A DNA stretch of 64,000 nt from Octopus sinensis (GCF_006345805.1 NC_042999.1:134478001-134542000); one strand, 5' to 3'; positions 1 to 13,380 are shown, counted from the stretch's first letter. The notes: generated by a model from the sequence alone, not told the origin. A program made the numbers and translations.

Positions 1-776
1 TATGAAACCATCCATCACTCCTCATTAACTTACCACTTGCAACATAAGCATCTAACTTCAAGCATAAAATAACTCCACGACGAAAACTGTGTAGTGCAGT
101 CCTGGCCGTGTTATTTTTTTAGCCTTCCCACGCCTTCCTTCTTTAAGATGGAAGATTATGGCTCGAGAAAAATTTAGCAGCTATTTCTGGCGATACGAAC
201 ACCCACGTAGAGGCCATCTCATTTCATCGTCTGGACTAAGTAAATACTTTCTGGGGTCGTCAGAGAGGTCATCAGAGATTATAAAGGATACTGTCTATAC
301 GCAGTATGTAAGAAGTATATAAGATATAGTTGTATTTGGAATGTGTATGTATATATGTGTATGAGTATGTGTATGTATATAGTGTGTGTATATGTGTGTA
401 TGTGCGTATGCGCATGTTGGGTTTGATCACTGACGACCCTTACAGAACATAAATGTTGGCGCTAAATGATAGCACATTGTTACGTTCTAAGGTGTGATGT
501 GAGATGCAGGAACACTAAAATGAGTTGTGATAAATAAAGCAGTATGGCCAACTAGAAAACTTGTACTTAGTCACTTGACCTGCTGACTGTAGCAGTAGGG
601 TTGTTTGAGACCACACCCTACTGTCTTAAAAACGAAAGATAGCTATTTTGGATCATACATTCCAAGGATATACTGTCTAGAAAAAGTTATGAAAGGAATC
701 AGGCAGAACGTTTATGCTACTGGATCATAGGTGAGACCCAAGGCGAAACAAGAACTATTTACTATATAGCTTTTTT

Positions 777-1192
777 ACTCTTTCTCTTTTTACTCTTTTA
801 CTTGTTTCAGTCATTTGACTGCGGCCATGCTGGAGCACCGCCTTTAGTCGAGCAAATCGACCCCAGGACTTATTCTTTGTAAGCCCAGTAGTTATTCTAA
901 ATCGGTCCTTTTGCCGAACCGCTAAGTGACGGGGACGTAAACACACCAGCAATCGGTTGTCAAGCAATGCTAGGGAACAAACACAGACACACAAACATAT
1001 TCACACACACTTATATATATATACATATATACGAGACAGCTTCTTTCAGTTTCCGTCTACCAATCCACTCACAAGCATTGGTCGGCCCGGGGCTATAGCA
1101 GAAGACACTTGCCCAAGATGCCACGCAGTGGGACTGAACCCGGAACCATGTGGTTGGTAGCAAGCTACTTACCACCAGCCACTCCTGCGCCT
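777..1192 (-). mobile_element. tRNA-derived CORE-type SINE (family A), full length
   Basis: Minus strand begins GGCGCAGGAGTGGCTG..GGTAAGTAGC (A box), GGGTTCAGTCCC (B box), then a CORE-like CTTGGGCAAGTGTC block, an internal (TG/TA)n tract and a tail ending in AAAAGAGT repeats. More than 10 copies in the window. Resembles the octopus OR-type CORE-SINEs (name not verified). Confidence 0.9.
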
Positions 1193-1199
1193 AAATACA

Positions 1200-1640
1200 T
1201 TTTTCACTTTTTACTTGCACGATGCAGAACTATCCTCCATTTGACTTATTCACCGATTCTTGTAAACAGCTCTTCAACGTTGCTTAGCAATCAAGCTAAA
1301 AAATTATTTGGTGATTCACTGTTATGGGGACATTCCGATATAGTTATTATACTCAAATCAGCTGTCCAGTAAAAATCATTTATCAACCAGCTCGGTACGA
1401 CACAAGATGTTAACCTTTCTGACGTCTTTAACACCATTGAGTCAGACAAATCCGAGCGATCTCGGACCAGATGACTCTTCAACAAGCTAATAAGCGCCTC
1501 TACATAGATTCAAACTCAGTTAAATCTCCTTCTAATTCTACCATGTCGTGCTATAAACTGGTACATTGGACAATGTAGTACGAGACCCATTATTCCTGAA
1601 TATCTTGTGTGCCTTTCATATAGGCCTGCTCTTGACCCTT
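1200..1640 (-). pseudogene. Highly decayed CR1/L2-like LINE C-terminal remnant
   Basis: Broken minus-strand translation gives FESM*RRL and RADLSIITYR-like motifs, resembling LE.VQRR and R.DLI..Y of CR1-type ORF2. Confidence 0.3.
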
Positions 1641-1821
1641 TGCTGTCCTGTGTATCACATGTAATGCACAGGACGTCTATGCACCGAATATGTTGTACGT
1701 TCCCAACTTCTTTTTCAGCGACCAGAAGAACTCTGGACTTATGAAATGAAAGCTTTATTACTCAGGATGCGTAAAACAAGGGTTGACCGAAAGCCTGAAA
1801 ACAATCACGGACCTTTTTTGT

Positions 1822-2016
1822 TTTCTTTCTTTTTTCCTCTGCTTCAGTCATTAGACTGCGGCCATGCTGGGGCACCACTTTGAAGAATTTTTAGTCGAAT
1901 GAATCGATCCCATTGCATTTTTCTATCGGTCTATTTTGTCGAATTTCTAGGTTACGAGGACGTAAACATACCAACACCGGTTGTCAAGCAGTGGTGTGAG
2001 ACAAACAGTCACAAAG

Positions 2017-2091
<75 letters not shown>

Positions 2092-2239
2092 CATATATAC
2101 GATAGGCTTCTTTAAATCTCCGCCTACCAAATCTACTCACAAGGCTTTGGTCGACCCGAACCACTTGTTCAAAATGCCATGCCGTGGTACTGAACCCAGA
2201 ACCATGTGGTTGGGAAGCGAACGTCTTACAACACAGCCA
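1822..2239 (-). mobile_element. SINE family A, diverged copy
   Basis: Colinear with 777-1192; long internal (CA)n. Confidence 0.85.
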
Positions 2240-2754
2240 GGATAAACTCATGAAAATATGGAGTGACAAAGGTGAACTGGCAGTGTTTAGTTACGAACCT
2301 TTAAATTCTGATTTCAAATCCTGCCGATGTTAACTTTATCATCCTTCCAGGGTTGATAAATAAAGTACCAGCCAAATAGTGATGGTGGCATAACTGATTT
2401 TGTACTCCCCCAAAATGTCTGCCCTATGTATGAAACTGCCTTATCAGGGTCTACGTGAGGTTAAAAAGCAGTTACCCTTCACTATATTGTCTACATTCTT
2501 TGTATGACATTGAACGTTGAGACCGATCTGGGAACCACAGTAAAATACATATCATCGAGGTTATCTGGTCCCTTGGGATATTTTCACTACTGAGAACCAC
2601 AAACGTTGTTTACAATTTCAGATAGTAATTCTGTTGTTTGGAACTATCGTTGATAGATCGGATGGTGCTGAAATATGGATGTACGGTTGTGCTGAGTTAA
2701 AAGCAGTCGGGAAGAGAGAAGTGAGAGATGGAAAAAAATGACACAAATGAGCGG

Positions 2755-3026
2755 CATCAGAGAGATAAGAGAACGAGAGGAGGAGAGAGAAGATAGAGAG
2801 AAGATAGAGAGAGAGAGAGAGCGCGGGAGATAGAGAGAAGAGAGAGAGAGAAGATAGATTGAGAGGGGGAGAGAAGGGAGGGATAAAAAAAAAGAATATA
2901 GTAAGAGAGAATTGGATAGACAGAGAGTTTAGGAGCGAGATAAAAAGAGAACTTTCAGGAAATGGTGAGGGGTATATAAACACATTCAGAGAAATACAGT
3001 TACGGTAAGAAAGAAAAAGAAAGACC

Positions 3027-3076
<50 letters not shown>

Positions 3077-3690
3077 CGGTAAGATAGAGAGGCACACAGA
3101 GAAGAAAGAGAGAATGAAAGAGAAATAAAACACTGTCGAAGTGAGAAAAGGAAAATATAAAGAGATAGAGATAATTGCAGAAGGGAAAGTGAAAAGAAAT
3201 CAATAATGAAGGAAAGAAGGAAGAGGAAAGAAAGAAAGACAGAAAAAGGAAGAAGAAGAAAGAAGAAGAGAAAAAAAAAGAAGGAGAAAGAAAGAATGAA
3301 AGAAAGAAGACAAAAAAGAGAAAAAGAGAATGGGAAGAGAGATGAAAAGAAAAGAAGGACGAAAGAAAGAAGAAGAAAGGAGGAAGAGAAGAAGAAGAAG
3401 AAGGAAGAGAAAAAGTAAGAAGAAAGAAAAGAAGAAAGAAAGAGAAAAAGAAAGAAATGAAGAAAGAAAAAGAAAGAAATGAAGGGTGGAAGAAGGAAAG
3501 AAAGAAAGAAAGACACAAGAAAGAAAGAGAGAAAAAAGAAAGAAAAGAGAAAGAAAGAAATGAAGGACGGAAGAAAGAAAGAAAGAAAGAAAGAATGAAA
3601 AACGGAAGAAAGAAAGAAAAAAGAAAGAAAGAATAAATGAATGAATGAATGAATGAATGAATGAATGAATGAAAAGGTAAAGCGGGAGTT
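2755..3690. repeat. Purine-rich low-complexity tract (AG)n/(GAAA)n/(GAAT)n
   Basis: Direct inspection; explains the overlapping ORFs at 2618-3908. Confidence 0.95.
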
Positions 3691-3859
3691 AACGAAACAG
3701 GTAGACAGACATACAGATGCAGAGGATAAATGAGAAAAGATAAGGGGATAAAAGAAATAGAAACCTTAGAGGCAAAAGAAGTTGTGGAATTTATGCTTTT
3801 ACGTAGAATATTAGCGACATTGCAAAACATGGAAAATGAGAAAGTGAAACTTGTAAAAC

Positions 3860-4595
3860 AGAGCAGAGAAGTTACATGGTTATGGATATCGCGAATCTTT
3901 CCTGTCACTCAATGCCACAGTCGAAGTTTGATTTGAAAATGAACGCAAGCATCGCTGTACAGTTAAGCAGTTTGGGACACAAGCAAGCAAGAGGCTGTGG
4001 GTCTGATTCTGTTGCTCAGCTCAATGAGCATGTGTCTTCTGTGATAGCTTCGGGTTGTATAATATCTTGTGAGTGGAATTTCGTAGACGGACAATAGGCG
4101 CAAACTCGTTGTATACGTGTGTGTGCGGAAAAATCTCACCATATACTCAGCTCTCTGCAATGAAAGATGCTGATTCTATAGAGGAAGATGTTACACCACA
4201 TATGCAAGGCTTAGGCAACGCTTAAATATCTCAGCATACGGAACATCTTCCGTGAAATGGTTAAATCTGTGCTGTTTAGTGAATTTTCTTTCTGGACACT
4301 AACAAATCCCTGAGATTATGCTGCGTGAAAACTACTGTTAGATGGTCTGTATGTGCCGATTCTATTGAGCTGGGGAAAGAACACTTCGCCGAAGGAAGTT
4401 TACAGAATAAGTTTCCTAATGTACCTGACACCATTAGAGAAAGGCGAGTTCGCTTTGCTTGACATTGTTGTGGAAGGAGGAGCTGGTTATCTTGGACATG
4501 TCTGTCAAGACAGTCGCTATTGCACTGGTTGCCAAGCAAACACATGTGGCAATCATTTAACAGATGATACTGGATACCATCGAAAGGAACTGTAA
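3860..4595 (+). pseudogene. Decayed RTE-clade LINE ORF (RT C-terminal part)
   Basis: Frame-hopping translation gives DIANLS, KFDLKMNAS, IFREMVKSVLF..WTLT, KLLDGLY and DTIRERRVRFA*HC, matching RTE motifs DDIALLS, GLKMNASK, VESVLLYG.E.WTLT and TIRERRLRFAGHC. Confidence 0.55.
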
Positions 4596-4604
4596 ATATA
4601 TATA

Positions 4605-4704
4605 CTGTAATCCCTCGACTATTGCGGGTGTTACGTTCCAAAGCTTAAATAATAAACCGCGATTGGTGAACCGGGATAGGTAAAACACGACATAGCGAGG
4701 GATT

Positions 4705-4706
<2 letters not shown>
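4605..4706. mobile_element. Short internally deleted Tigger/pogo-like MITE
   Basis: Ends CTGTAATCCCTCG...CGAGGGATTAG flanked by TA; same ends as the element at 6968-7437. Confidence 0.65.
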
Positions 4707-4750
<44 letters not shown>

Positions 4751-4767
4751 TAGAGAGAGAGAGAGAG

Positions 4768-4803
<36 letters not shown>

Positions 4804-4805
<2 letters not shown>

Positions 4806-4990
4806 AATACAAAAAATGGGACAAGAACGCAAAACATCCAGACAGATGATACAAAAAAGGGACAAGAAATAACAAGGACGGGTCATTCGAAGTTTTCCTT
4901 CCTCAGCCGAGTTCCAGATTATCTTTGCAATTTCGGCTGGTTATACTCGAGATTGGTGAATGACCCGTCCTTGTTCCATTTTTGTATTCC
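4804..4990. repeat. Imperfect inverted-repeat element between (TA)n tracts
   Basis: Arms GGAATACAAAAAATGG + AACAAGGACGGGTCATTC (4804-4888) versus GAATGACCCGTCCTTGTTCCATTTTTGTATTCC (4958-4990); inner IR CAGCCGA/TCGGCTG. Confidence 0.7.
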
Positions 4991-5040
4991 TTTTTATATA
5001 CATATGGCAGCGTGTACGTACACTTTGGTCTCTTATATAA

Positions 5041-5071
<31 letters not shown>

Positions 5072-5102
5072 GTATGTATGTATGTGTGTGTATTTAAATA
5101 TA

Positions 5103-5250
5103 TGACGGGCTTCCATAGAGTTTCTGCCTACCAAATTTACCCGAAAGGCATTGGTTGACCCCGGGGCTATGGTAGAGGATATTTGTCATTGGTGCTGCAC
5201 AGTGGGACTGGATCTGAAATCGCGTAGTTGCAAAGCGAATTTCCTCAAAT
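5103..5250 (-). mobile_element. SINE family A, partial (head/CORE), diverged
   Basis: Similarity to the 5' half of the family A copies. Confidence 0.7.
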
Positions 5251-5705
5251 ATATCGCAACCTCACCATGGCACATGGCGAGGTGGTAGGTATTGACATTT
5301 GTCGCTTACTTGTAAGCTCTAAAATCTCCGAAAGGGCAGTGCCACTCAGGTCAAGAATCACTGGTTTAGAGGAAACTTAATGTTTTTTTTTTCTTTGAAT
5401 AATCAAGAACAGGAGTGAAAAAACAATTAATCGTTGTTTAAGCATTAAACCCCAGTGAGATTTCATCCAGCAGGCCTATCAACGGTAGAAGACTAATTCA
5501 GTCCTAGCGGCACCACTTAGGCGAAGCGTACAGGCTATGGTGAAATTCTGGTGACCCTGAAGTATCTACTGGTGATACGAAAATTTTCCAATATTACTAG
5601 ATTTAGAAGAAGACCTTGCAAAACTCCTGAGTAGCTCGCGCAGTTTCTGGATGGGACAAAGCATCTCCGACTTTTACTTCATTCGAGATATTTTATAGTC
5701 TAGCC

Positions 5706-6152
5706 CAGTGTTTCCCAACCATTTTTCTGGTGCCCCACTTCTTAACAACAAATTTTCCGGTGTTCCACTTTTTAAAAAAAATGTGGTACCCATCAGCACT
5801 TTTTTTTTAACATAGAAACACGATCTTCAATTCAATTACCTAGCTGACGAATGCCTCGACTCAATAGTGAGAGGAGTTCTCTACTGCTTTAATAAACGCT
5901 TGACACTGGAAAATAGATATTGAAACAGAGAAACAAACGCCTAACAAATGCAGATACCTCACTCGGTACGCTGATTGGTCGTAGCTACATCGATTCCCAT
6001 GGTTTAAGTATAAATATTGCATGGCGATGTTTCTTTTTCCATTTCAATGTCCCAAGATAGGCTTAGGGTCGACAAGCGTGTGCTCAAGTCATTTGCAAAA
6101 ATTTTCGCATGCCCCACTCCAATTTTTCCACGCCCCACGTTGGGAAACACTG
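5706..6152. mobile_element. hAT (Charlie-like) MITE
   Basis: 14-bp TIR CAGTGTTTCCCAAC/GTTGGGAAACACTG; 8-bp TSD GTCTAGCC/GTCTAACC (7/8), typical of the Charlie-type NTCTAGAN target. Confidence 0.9.
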
Positions 6153-6315
6153 GTCTAACCATTAACATCTCCCACTGTTTTTGGGTTTTTTTTTCAGACT
6201 ACACTATTCTCTTTGACTTTGTAGATTCAGTTAGGTTTGATAGCTATTTCTAGTATGCTGAATGACAACTTAAATATTTACTTCCTCATTATCTCCGAAT
6301 TTTATATTCCGTTTT

Positions 6316-6745
6316 GATGCGCAAGCATAGCTGTGTGGTTAAGAAGCTTACTTTGAAATCACATGATTTCGGGTTCAGTCCCACTGCAAGGAACCTTGAA
6401 CAAGTGTCTTCTGCTGCAGCCCCAGACCGACCAATGTCATGTAAGTGAATTTTGCAGATGGAAACTGTGGAAGCCCATCATGTGTGTGTATGTATGTGTG
6501 TGTGTGCGTGCATGTGTGTAGTGTGTACGTGCGCGTCTTTGTGTTTCGCCCCTTGCCTGCTTGATCACTGGTATTGGTTAGTTTGTGTTCCCGAAGCTTA
6601 GCCGTTCAGCAAAAGAGGCCAATAGAATAAGTAACCAGACTTAAGATAAATATCGGGGTCGATTTGTTCGAGTAAAACCCTTCAAGGCAGTGCCCCAGTA
6701 TGGCCGTAGTCCAATTACTTACACAAGTAAGGCATAAAAGATAAA
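6316..6745 (+). mobile_element. SINE family A, diverged full-length copy
   Basis: A-box-like AGCTGTGTGG, B box GGGTTCAGTCCC, CORE block and tail. Confidence 0.85.
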
Positions 6746-6804
6746 TAAACTAGGATCAAAACTGAATACGTATTTACATTTGTATCATATATATATGCAC
6801 GTGT

Positions 6805-6928
6805 TGAGATCGACTTTGCCTTTCATCCTTTCGGGGTCGATAAACTAAGTACCAGTGAAACACAGAGGTCGATGTAATTGACTAGTCCCCTCCCACAAAA
6901 TTTCAGGCCTTGTGCCTATAGCAGAAAT
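6805..6928 (+). mobile_element. tRNA-derived SINE family B, 5'-truncated, tail subtype 2
   Basis: GACTTTGCCTTTCATCCTTTCGGGGTCGAT body; tail with AGGC-CTTGT-GCCT hairpin. Confidence 0.8.
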
Positions 6929-6967
6929 GATTACTTTATTTTATTTTAATTTTGATTTAAACAAGTA

Positions 6968-7437
6968 CAGTAATCCCTCGGCTATCGCGGGTGTTACGTT
7001 CAAAAAAAAAAAAAAAAAAACCGCGATAGGCGAAAATCCGCGAAGCAGAAATAGTATTGTATATTTTTGTATCATTATTATAATTTGTATATATTATTTA
7101 ATTATAAATGCAAAACAACACCACACACTCCTGAGTTTCGCTTTCCATACAGTATGTGCGAGTGTTTGTACACTCATCTACGGTACACTACGTATTTTCT
7201 TTTAATATATTTTAATTAATGTGTTATACAGTACAGTACTGTATTTTTATTTATTAATTTATTAATTTTTAGGCGTGAAAATACTTATTTTACCACAGAA
7301 ATAATTAAAACAAAAAAAAATATAAATACCTATCCGACCGCAGAAACCCGCGATATAAATTTAAATATATTAGCCAGAAAAATCCGCGATGTACTGAGGG
7401 CGCGATAGGCGAACTGCAATATGGTGAGTGATAACTG
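6968..7437. mobile_element. Tigger/pogo-like MITE
   Basis: TA|CAGTAATCCCTCG ... degenerate right TIR GTGAGTGATAACTG|TA; repeated CCGCGA subterminal motifs. Confidence 0.75.
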
Positions 7438-8113
7438 TAATTTTGTGGGAGACTTATAAAGCATATAGGGAAAGCCAAGTATAGATAATTTTCTTCTCGG
7501 ACGGTAGGCTTACTGCGACAAGGAAAGAAAGAAAGATGGCAGCGGAAGGAGGTACAAATTGAGACCTATTGGTGAATAAGCAATAGGACATCAGCTATCA
7601 ACAAAGAAGAAATCAGATGTCAGAGATGTCGATAGAAATGAAGATAAGGAGAAGGAGAGTTTGATAAATAATTCTTCGTTTAGGGAGATAAAATATGATT
7701 TAGTTTTTCTCAATGTTTTAAGTGCAGCGCCGCCACCCGCAGATAAACTACTGAGAAAATGGCAGTCAGGCGGCGGCCTCTTGTATCACTGTTGCCATAA
7801 ATCTATCGTTCTGATGACAACAGGGATCTTTCAGGTTTTTTTTTTTTTACAGGGGTTACGTTTTATGTATTCTATTTATTCATTTTATGTTTTTTTTTTT
7901 ATGTATAATTTCTTATTGGTTTTGATGTTTGATGTTTGATGCTTTTACTTTTCTTTTCTGAAAAAATACACAGAAACCGTCGAATAGCCGCTGGCGCCAC
8001 ACTAATGTTTTACAGCGCGTATTCACATAAACAGGTAAATACACATACACGAAACACACATACACGCGTGTGTAGCAACCAAGCATTATATTGTGGTGTG
8101 TGTGTGTGTGTGT

Positions 8114-8188
<75 letters not shown>

Positions 8189-8286
8189 CGTGCGTATAGA
8201 ACCAGACACACATGCACACACAAAAAAAACACATACACACACATATATATATACATGTATGTATGTGTGCGTGTATATTTATATAT

Positions 8287-8575
8287 TCTTTTATTTTATT
8301 CTTTTACTTGTTTCAGACATTTGACTGCGGCCACGCTGGAGTACCCGCCTTTAGTCGAGCAGATCGTCCCAGGACTCATTCTTTGTAAGCCTTGTACTTA
8401 TTCTATCGGTCCCTTTTTGCCGAACTGCTATCTTACGGGGACAAGCGATGTTGGACGGTGGGGACAAACATAGATACACAAACGCAACACACACACCACA
8501 TCAACTCATCACTATATATGTATATATATATATATACATACATACAGTACATATTACAATATATATTATATATAT

Positions 8576-8612
<37 letters not shown>

Positions 8613-8776
8613 GACGGGCTTCTTTCGGTTTCGGTCTACCAAATTCGCTCACAAGGGTTTGGTTGGCCTGAGGCTATAGTAGAGGACACACCTGCCCAAG
8701 GTGCCACACAGTGGGACTGAACCTGGAAACATGTGGTTGGGAAGCAAGATTTGTACCATGCAGCCACTCCTGCACC
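8287..8776 (-). mobile_element. SINE family A, full length
   Basis: Colinear with 777-1192. Confidence 0.9.
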
Positions 8777-8906
8777 TTATTTTATTCTTTTATTTTATTC
8801 TTTTATTTGTTTCAGTCATTTGACTGCGGCCAAACTGGGACACACCACACACACACACACACACACACACACCATATACACAAACAGAGGGCTGGAGGTG
8901 TAGGCA

Positions 8907-8907
8907 A

Positions 8908-9001
<94 letters not shown>

Positions 9002-9015
9002 TGATAGATAGATAG
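8907..9015. repeat. (GATA)n microsatellite
   Basis: Direct inspection. Confidence 0.95.
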
Positions 9016-9264
9016 AAAGGCAGATAGATATAGGTAAACAGTCAGACAGGAAGCCAGACAGACAAACAAGTATGTGTGTGTGTGTGTGTGTCTTTGTGTG
9101 TGAAGATAAGTCCACACACACATGATAACTCTTCACTGATTCAGGAAGTATGACTCAGTTTTGGAATACATTCATGCATACATATATAGACTTTTGTGTG
9201 TGTGCGTGTGTGGGAGTGTGTGTATTTATGTGTGCATATATATATATATGTGTGTATGTGTGTA

Positions 9265-9300
<36 letters not shown>

Positions 9301-9305
<5 letters not shown>

Positions 9306-9515
9306 CCGCGTGTATATCGTTGGCGATTTTTTCCTCCGTCTTCCCTTCCTTGAATCTTTCCTTTTCCTATGTTTCTGACGAAGAGCTCCGCTCGAAACGT
9401 TAAATCCTCCTTCTTTCTTTCCTTTCCTGAGCGTCCAATAACACTATACTTCTTCCACGTCCTCGCTTTGTTGTGTTTTCTCTTTGTGTTTTCATGTTTG
9501 GATTAACTTTATATG
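9301..9515 (+). mobile_element. Short dispersed repeat carrying a minimal hammerhead (PLE-LTR/retrozyme-like)
   Basis: Second copy at 36383-36580; flanked by microsatellites. Confidence 0.75.
9371..9405 (+). ncRNA. Minimal type I hammerhead ribozyme motif
   Basis: GTTT-CTGACGA-A-GAGC(TCC)GCTC-GAAA-CG-TT-AAAT: intact core, 4-bp stems I and II, palindromic ACGT in place of stem III (dimer type). Confidence 0.75.
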
Positions 9516-9732
9516 CATACATATATATATGCTCACACACATATGTCTATACATACACACATATGCAGGCTAGCTTAGGCAAGTGTCTTTTACTATAGTC
9601 TCGGGCCGAACAAACCCTTGAGGATCTGGCAGACGGGAATTGAAAGAAACCTGTCGTATATACATATGTGTAAGTGTGTACGGACGTGCGCGCGTGCGCG
9701 CGCGCGGCGCGCGCGTGTGTGTGTGTGTGTGT

Positions 9733-9906
9733 AAGCACAGGTAGTGTCTGCGTGGTTAAGATGTCCGCATTCCAGCCCCGTGGTTTTGGGTACATTCCAT
9801 CTACATGTCGCCTAGTTCCAGTGGTAATATCTGTTATTATAGCCCTGGTTCAACCAAGGCCTTATTAATGAACTTGGTTGACAGAAACTTTGTGGAAGCC
9901 CATCGT
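9733..9906 (+). mobile_element. SINE family A, old degraded copy
   Basis: Weak but colinear similarity to head and CORE. Confidence 0.55.
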
Positions 9907-10274
9907 ATATGTATGTGTATGTATATATATATGTATATGTGTGTGTGTGTTACGAAAATAGTGGGTAACGCGTAGAAAATGTCTTGAATGATGGAGAATG
10001 GAGAGACAGAAAATGTGTGACTGGTCAGCTACGGGACCAGTGTAAGAAAGGAAGTAGTGCTGAATGCGTTTCTGCTTTGTATCTTCTGTGGTATTGAAAA
10101 GAATGAACTGAGCTGCAACTTTAACAATATCTTCCACTTCTGAAACCTCTATCTCGCTTCTCTTCTAAAAGCTCTTCAACTTAACTCTCTATCTCTCGTT
10201 CGTTCCCTAAAGGCAGGTGTTGTCTATGCTTCGGTGGGCAGTAAAGGTTCCTACAAGGAAGTCGCGGGTCAGAT

Positions 10275-10455
10275 ACTCTTTACTCTTTTACTTGTTTCAG
10301 TCATTTGACTGCGGCCATGCTGGAGCACCGCCTTTAATCGAGCAACTCGACCCCGGGACTTATTCTTTGTAAGCCCAGTACTTATTCTATCGGTCTCTTT
10401 TGCCGAACCGCTAAGTTACGGGAACATAAACATACCAGCAATGCTAGGGGGACAA

Positions 10456-10500
<45 letters not shown>

Positions 10501-10690
10501 ATATATATATATATATACACATATATACGACGGGCTTCTTTCAGTTTCCGTCTACCAAATCCACTCACAAGGCTTTGGTCGGCCCGAGGCTATAGAAGAA
10601 GACACTTGCCCAAGGTGCCACGAAGTGGGACTGAACCCGGAGCAATGTGGTTGGTAAACAAGCTACTTACCACACAGCCACTCCTGCGCC
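10275..10690 (-). mobile_element. SINE family A, young full-length copy
   Basis: Near-consensus A/B boxes, CORE and tail. Confidence 0.92.
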
Positions 10691-12119
10691 TTACATGTAC
10701 GATACTTGTCCAAGTCATCTCGTATTTGAGATATATATATATACTGGGGGTTCAATGTTGTTGGTATTATTTCAACGAAGGGATTGTGTGCATAATTCTA
10801 TCTCACTGAGTAACTAGAAGGCTCTTCTAAACGTACTAAATTTTAAAGACCTCTGACGTCTCAATCTGTCGGCTATACTCACCCCATACTGTAAAGTGGG
10901 AACGCAGACTGTATAGAGGTTTGGAATGAAGCCCACATTTTTCTCTGAGTATTTCAATGGATATAGTAGTCTATCTGGGGTGGTTTAGAATCTCAACACT
11001 AGTACTCCATCGTTGGAAATACTATTTCCTGAGCATCTGTTTGGTTAGTCGCTGAAGTGCAGAAAAACTACATTTTAGATAACACCGTGTCTGGGTAAGA
11101 GAACATACTTGTATAAGGGAACATATACGAACATACATGAGTGTGAGTGTGTGTGTGTGTTTGTGTGTGTGTATGTGTGTGTTTGTGTATGTGTGTGTTT
11201 GTGTGTGTGCGTGTGCGTGCATATATATATGCATAAGCATATATCCATATGTTTATGTCTACGTTTGTATGTGTGTATGTACGTATGTATGTAAACCTTA
11301 TAGTTAACATAGAGAAAACACTTATTTTCTCCAAAATTCTGTGTTCACTGTGTTTCTTATAGGTTCAGAATAAGAATGGTGTGTGCAATGTTGTCTTCTC
11401 TTTTTAATTTCTATGAGAGCGTTTTTTGGACTATGCATTATGTTGTATCTTTACCTTTAGACTAAAAACCAGTTCGAGTTTTAATGAATGTAATTGTGTA
11501 AACACACGCGCGCGCACGCGCACTTACACACACACTTGTATATTTGTGATGATGATATGCTATTTAGTAGAAGTTGTTTTTGCTGTTTCTGTTGCCGTCG
11601 TTACCCTATTCTACGCGCTAAGAACGTTGTTGGCAGCTATAGAGTCTAATAAAGAAGTGAATAAGAAGAGAATGGTACTACTTGCATTTACGTCTCTTGT
11701 TATATTTTCTCTATTTCTCTCTTTATTTTCTCGTGTGTTTTCGGAATACGTTCAACTGAGTGGCTGGTACTTTGTTATCTATTTGTGTGTAAAAAGTTTT
11801 GTTGTTCTTTTTTTTTACTTTTCCTGAGAAGCACCTACTTTTTAATGTTCTGTTTATATTTGTTTTTGGAATTCATCGCTGAAGACTTATTTTTTCAAGA
11901 TTGATGTTGATCTGCGTGTTGATTTCTGACCATTTTTTTTTATCAATCGCCCAGTGTTACAACAGAGTCTATCTCATATCTTTTGTGGCATATTGACTTA
12001 CGAATTGAATTTTTTCGAAGTATTTTTTTTTTTTTTTGTCACTTGGGGAAGATTAGCTGAATTTTTAGCAGAAGCATCTTTCTAAGTTTCATTTCATAGC
12101 ACATTTCAGTAAGTCGTCA

Positions 12120-12480
12120 CAGTAGACGCCTTAAAACTTACAAAAACTTATGCATTCATTGAATTGATACTAGAAACAACTCTCCGGTACAAATAAGATG
12201 CACAAACAAACTACAGCACTATAGATGCAAACATTCAAGATAAAAGAAGCAGTAACAAAATACTCTGTGCGTAGTAAAGTATTCATGCGAATAGTAAGCT
12301 TATCAATTGTCCAACAATGTTACACATCCAGCTACAATGCATAAGCCCACTTTTGAGGCTGCAATGCACACACGAAAAAAGAAGAAAAACATAACACCTT
12401 GTACTAAGATTTATATGGCTCTCACCATACCGAATAAACACAACTAATCATTTATGCCGTTATACTTCCACAATAATCAG
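12120..12480 (+). pseudogene. Possible very old PLE RT-to-GIY-YIG remnant
   Basis: Broken motifs VKYSC and TKIYMALT..NH resemble PLE KISYSC.PN and KIYIGLT..NH. Confidence 0.3.
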
Positions 12481-12712
12481 CTACAACCAACACAGACGCC
12501 AAACTGTCACAGCAACTAGCAACGGTGACCCCGAAAACCCAACTCCTCCTTTCAGTTCCCAAAACTTCTACCATCAACCCTCCATTAAATTACAACCAAC
12601 CATATCATAAAAGGGAGGTCACTCTGAATAACGTAATTTCAAATACCAATGTGCTTGAGAAAGAAAGATGGGATGATCATTACAGGATTGCCTTTGATCA
12701 TGTGTTTGCTTG

Positions 12713-12827
12713 ATCAAGGCTGACTAATGGTTACAACAGGGGACGTAAACACACCAGTATCGGTTGTCAAGCAATGGTGGTGGGCACAAAGGTGGGCACA
12801 AACACAAACACACAAATACACGCACGC

Positions 12828-12901
<74 letters not shown>

Positions 12902-12971
12902 ACGCAGTGGGACTGAGCCCGGAACCATGTAGTTGGTAAGCAAGGTTCCTACCACACAGCCACTCCTGCAC
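12713..12971 (-). mobile_element. SINE family A with internal (CORE) deletion
   Basis: Head at 12900-12971 joins directly to (CA)n and a partial tail. Confidence 0.8.
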
Positions 12972-13333
12972 CTACATAAGTAAGTTCTAAGTGAAATGAA
13001 CAGGGACGCCTGCTTACAACTTATAAAATGAGAAGACTGAATGGACACAAAAACAACATAGATTAGTTGGGTTTTTTTTCTTTTACACAAAATAGAAAAT
13101 TTGTATGTGCATAGATTAACTTAACACGCAGAGACACGTATATTATTGAAATATCTGCTAAGCTGGTGTCGAAATTCTGATGATATTCACTCGACAACTG
13201 ATGAACGTTTTCAATGTGTTAAGGTCCGTTGGTTTTGCGCTTCCGTTTTCTAATTCTATTTACAAATTATTTGTCGCAACCCTGCGGCACTTCATTGAAA
13301 ATTATTTATGTACACAACACGCGCGCACACGCA

Positions 13334-13380
<47 letters not shown>

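Noticed and set aside
430-500. CTGACGA followed by a long imperfect hairpin (possible hammerhead)
   Set aside because: No GAAA or UH after stem II; at best a decayed remnant.
4870-4940. CTGAGGA on the minus strand inside the inverted repeat
   Set aside because: Followed by GAAT rather than GAAA, weak stem II, and no correctly placed NUH site.
11426-11827. 133-aa ORF with three hydrophobic segments resembling a membrane protein
   Set aside because: The strand is T-rich, which produces hydrophobic codons by composition; the ORF begins in a (CA)n region and ends in a T run. The neighbouring A-rich strands look like decayed retroelement sequence. No recognisable family.
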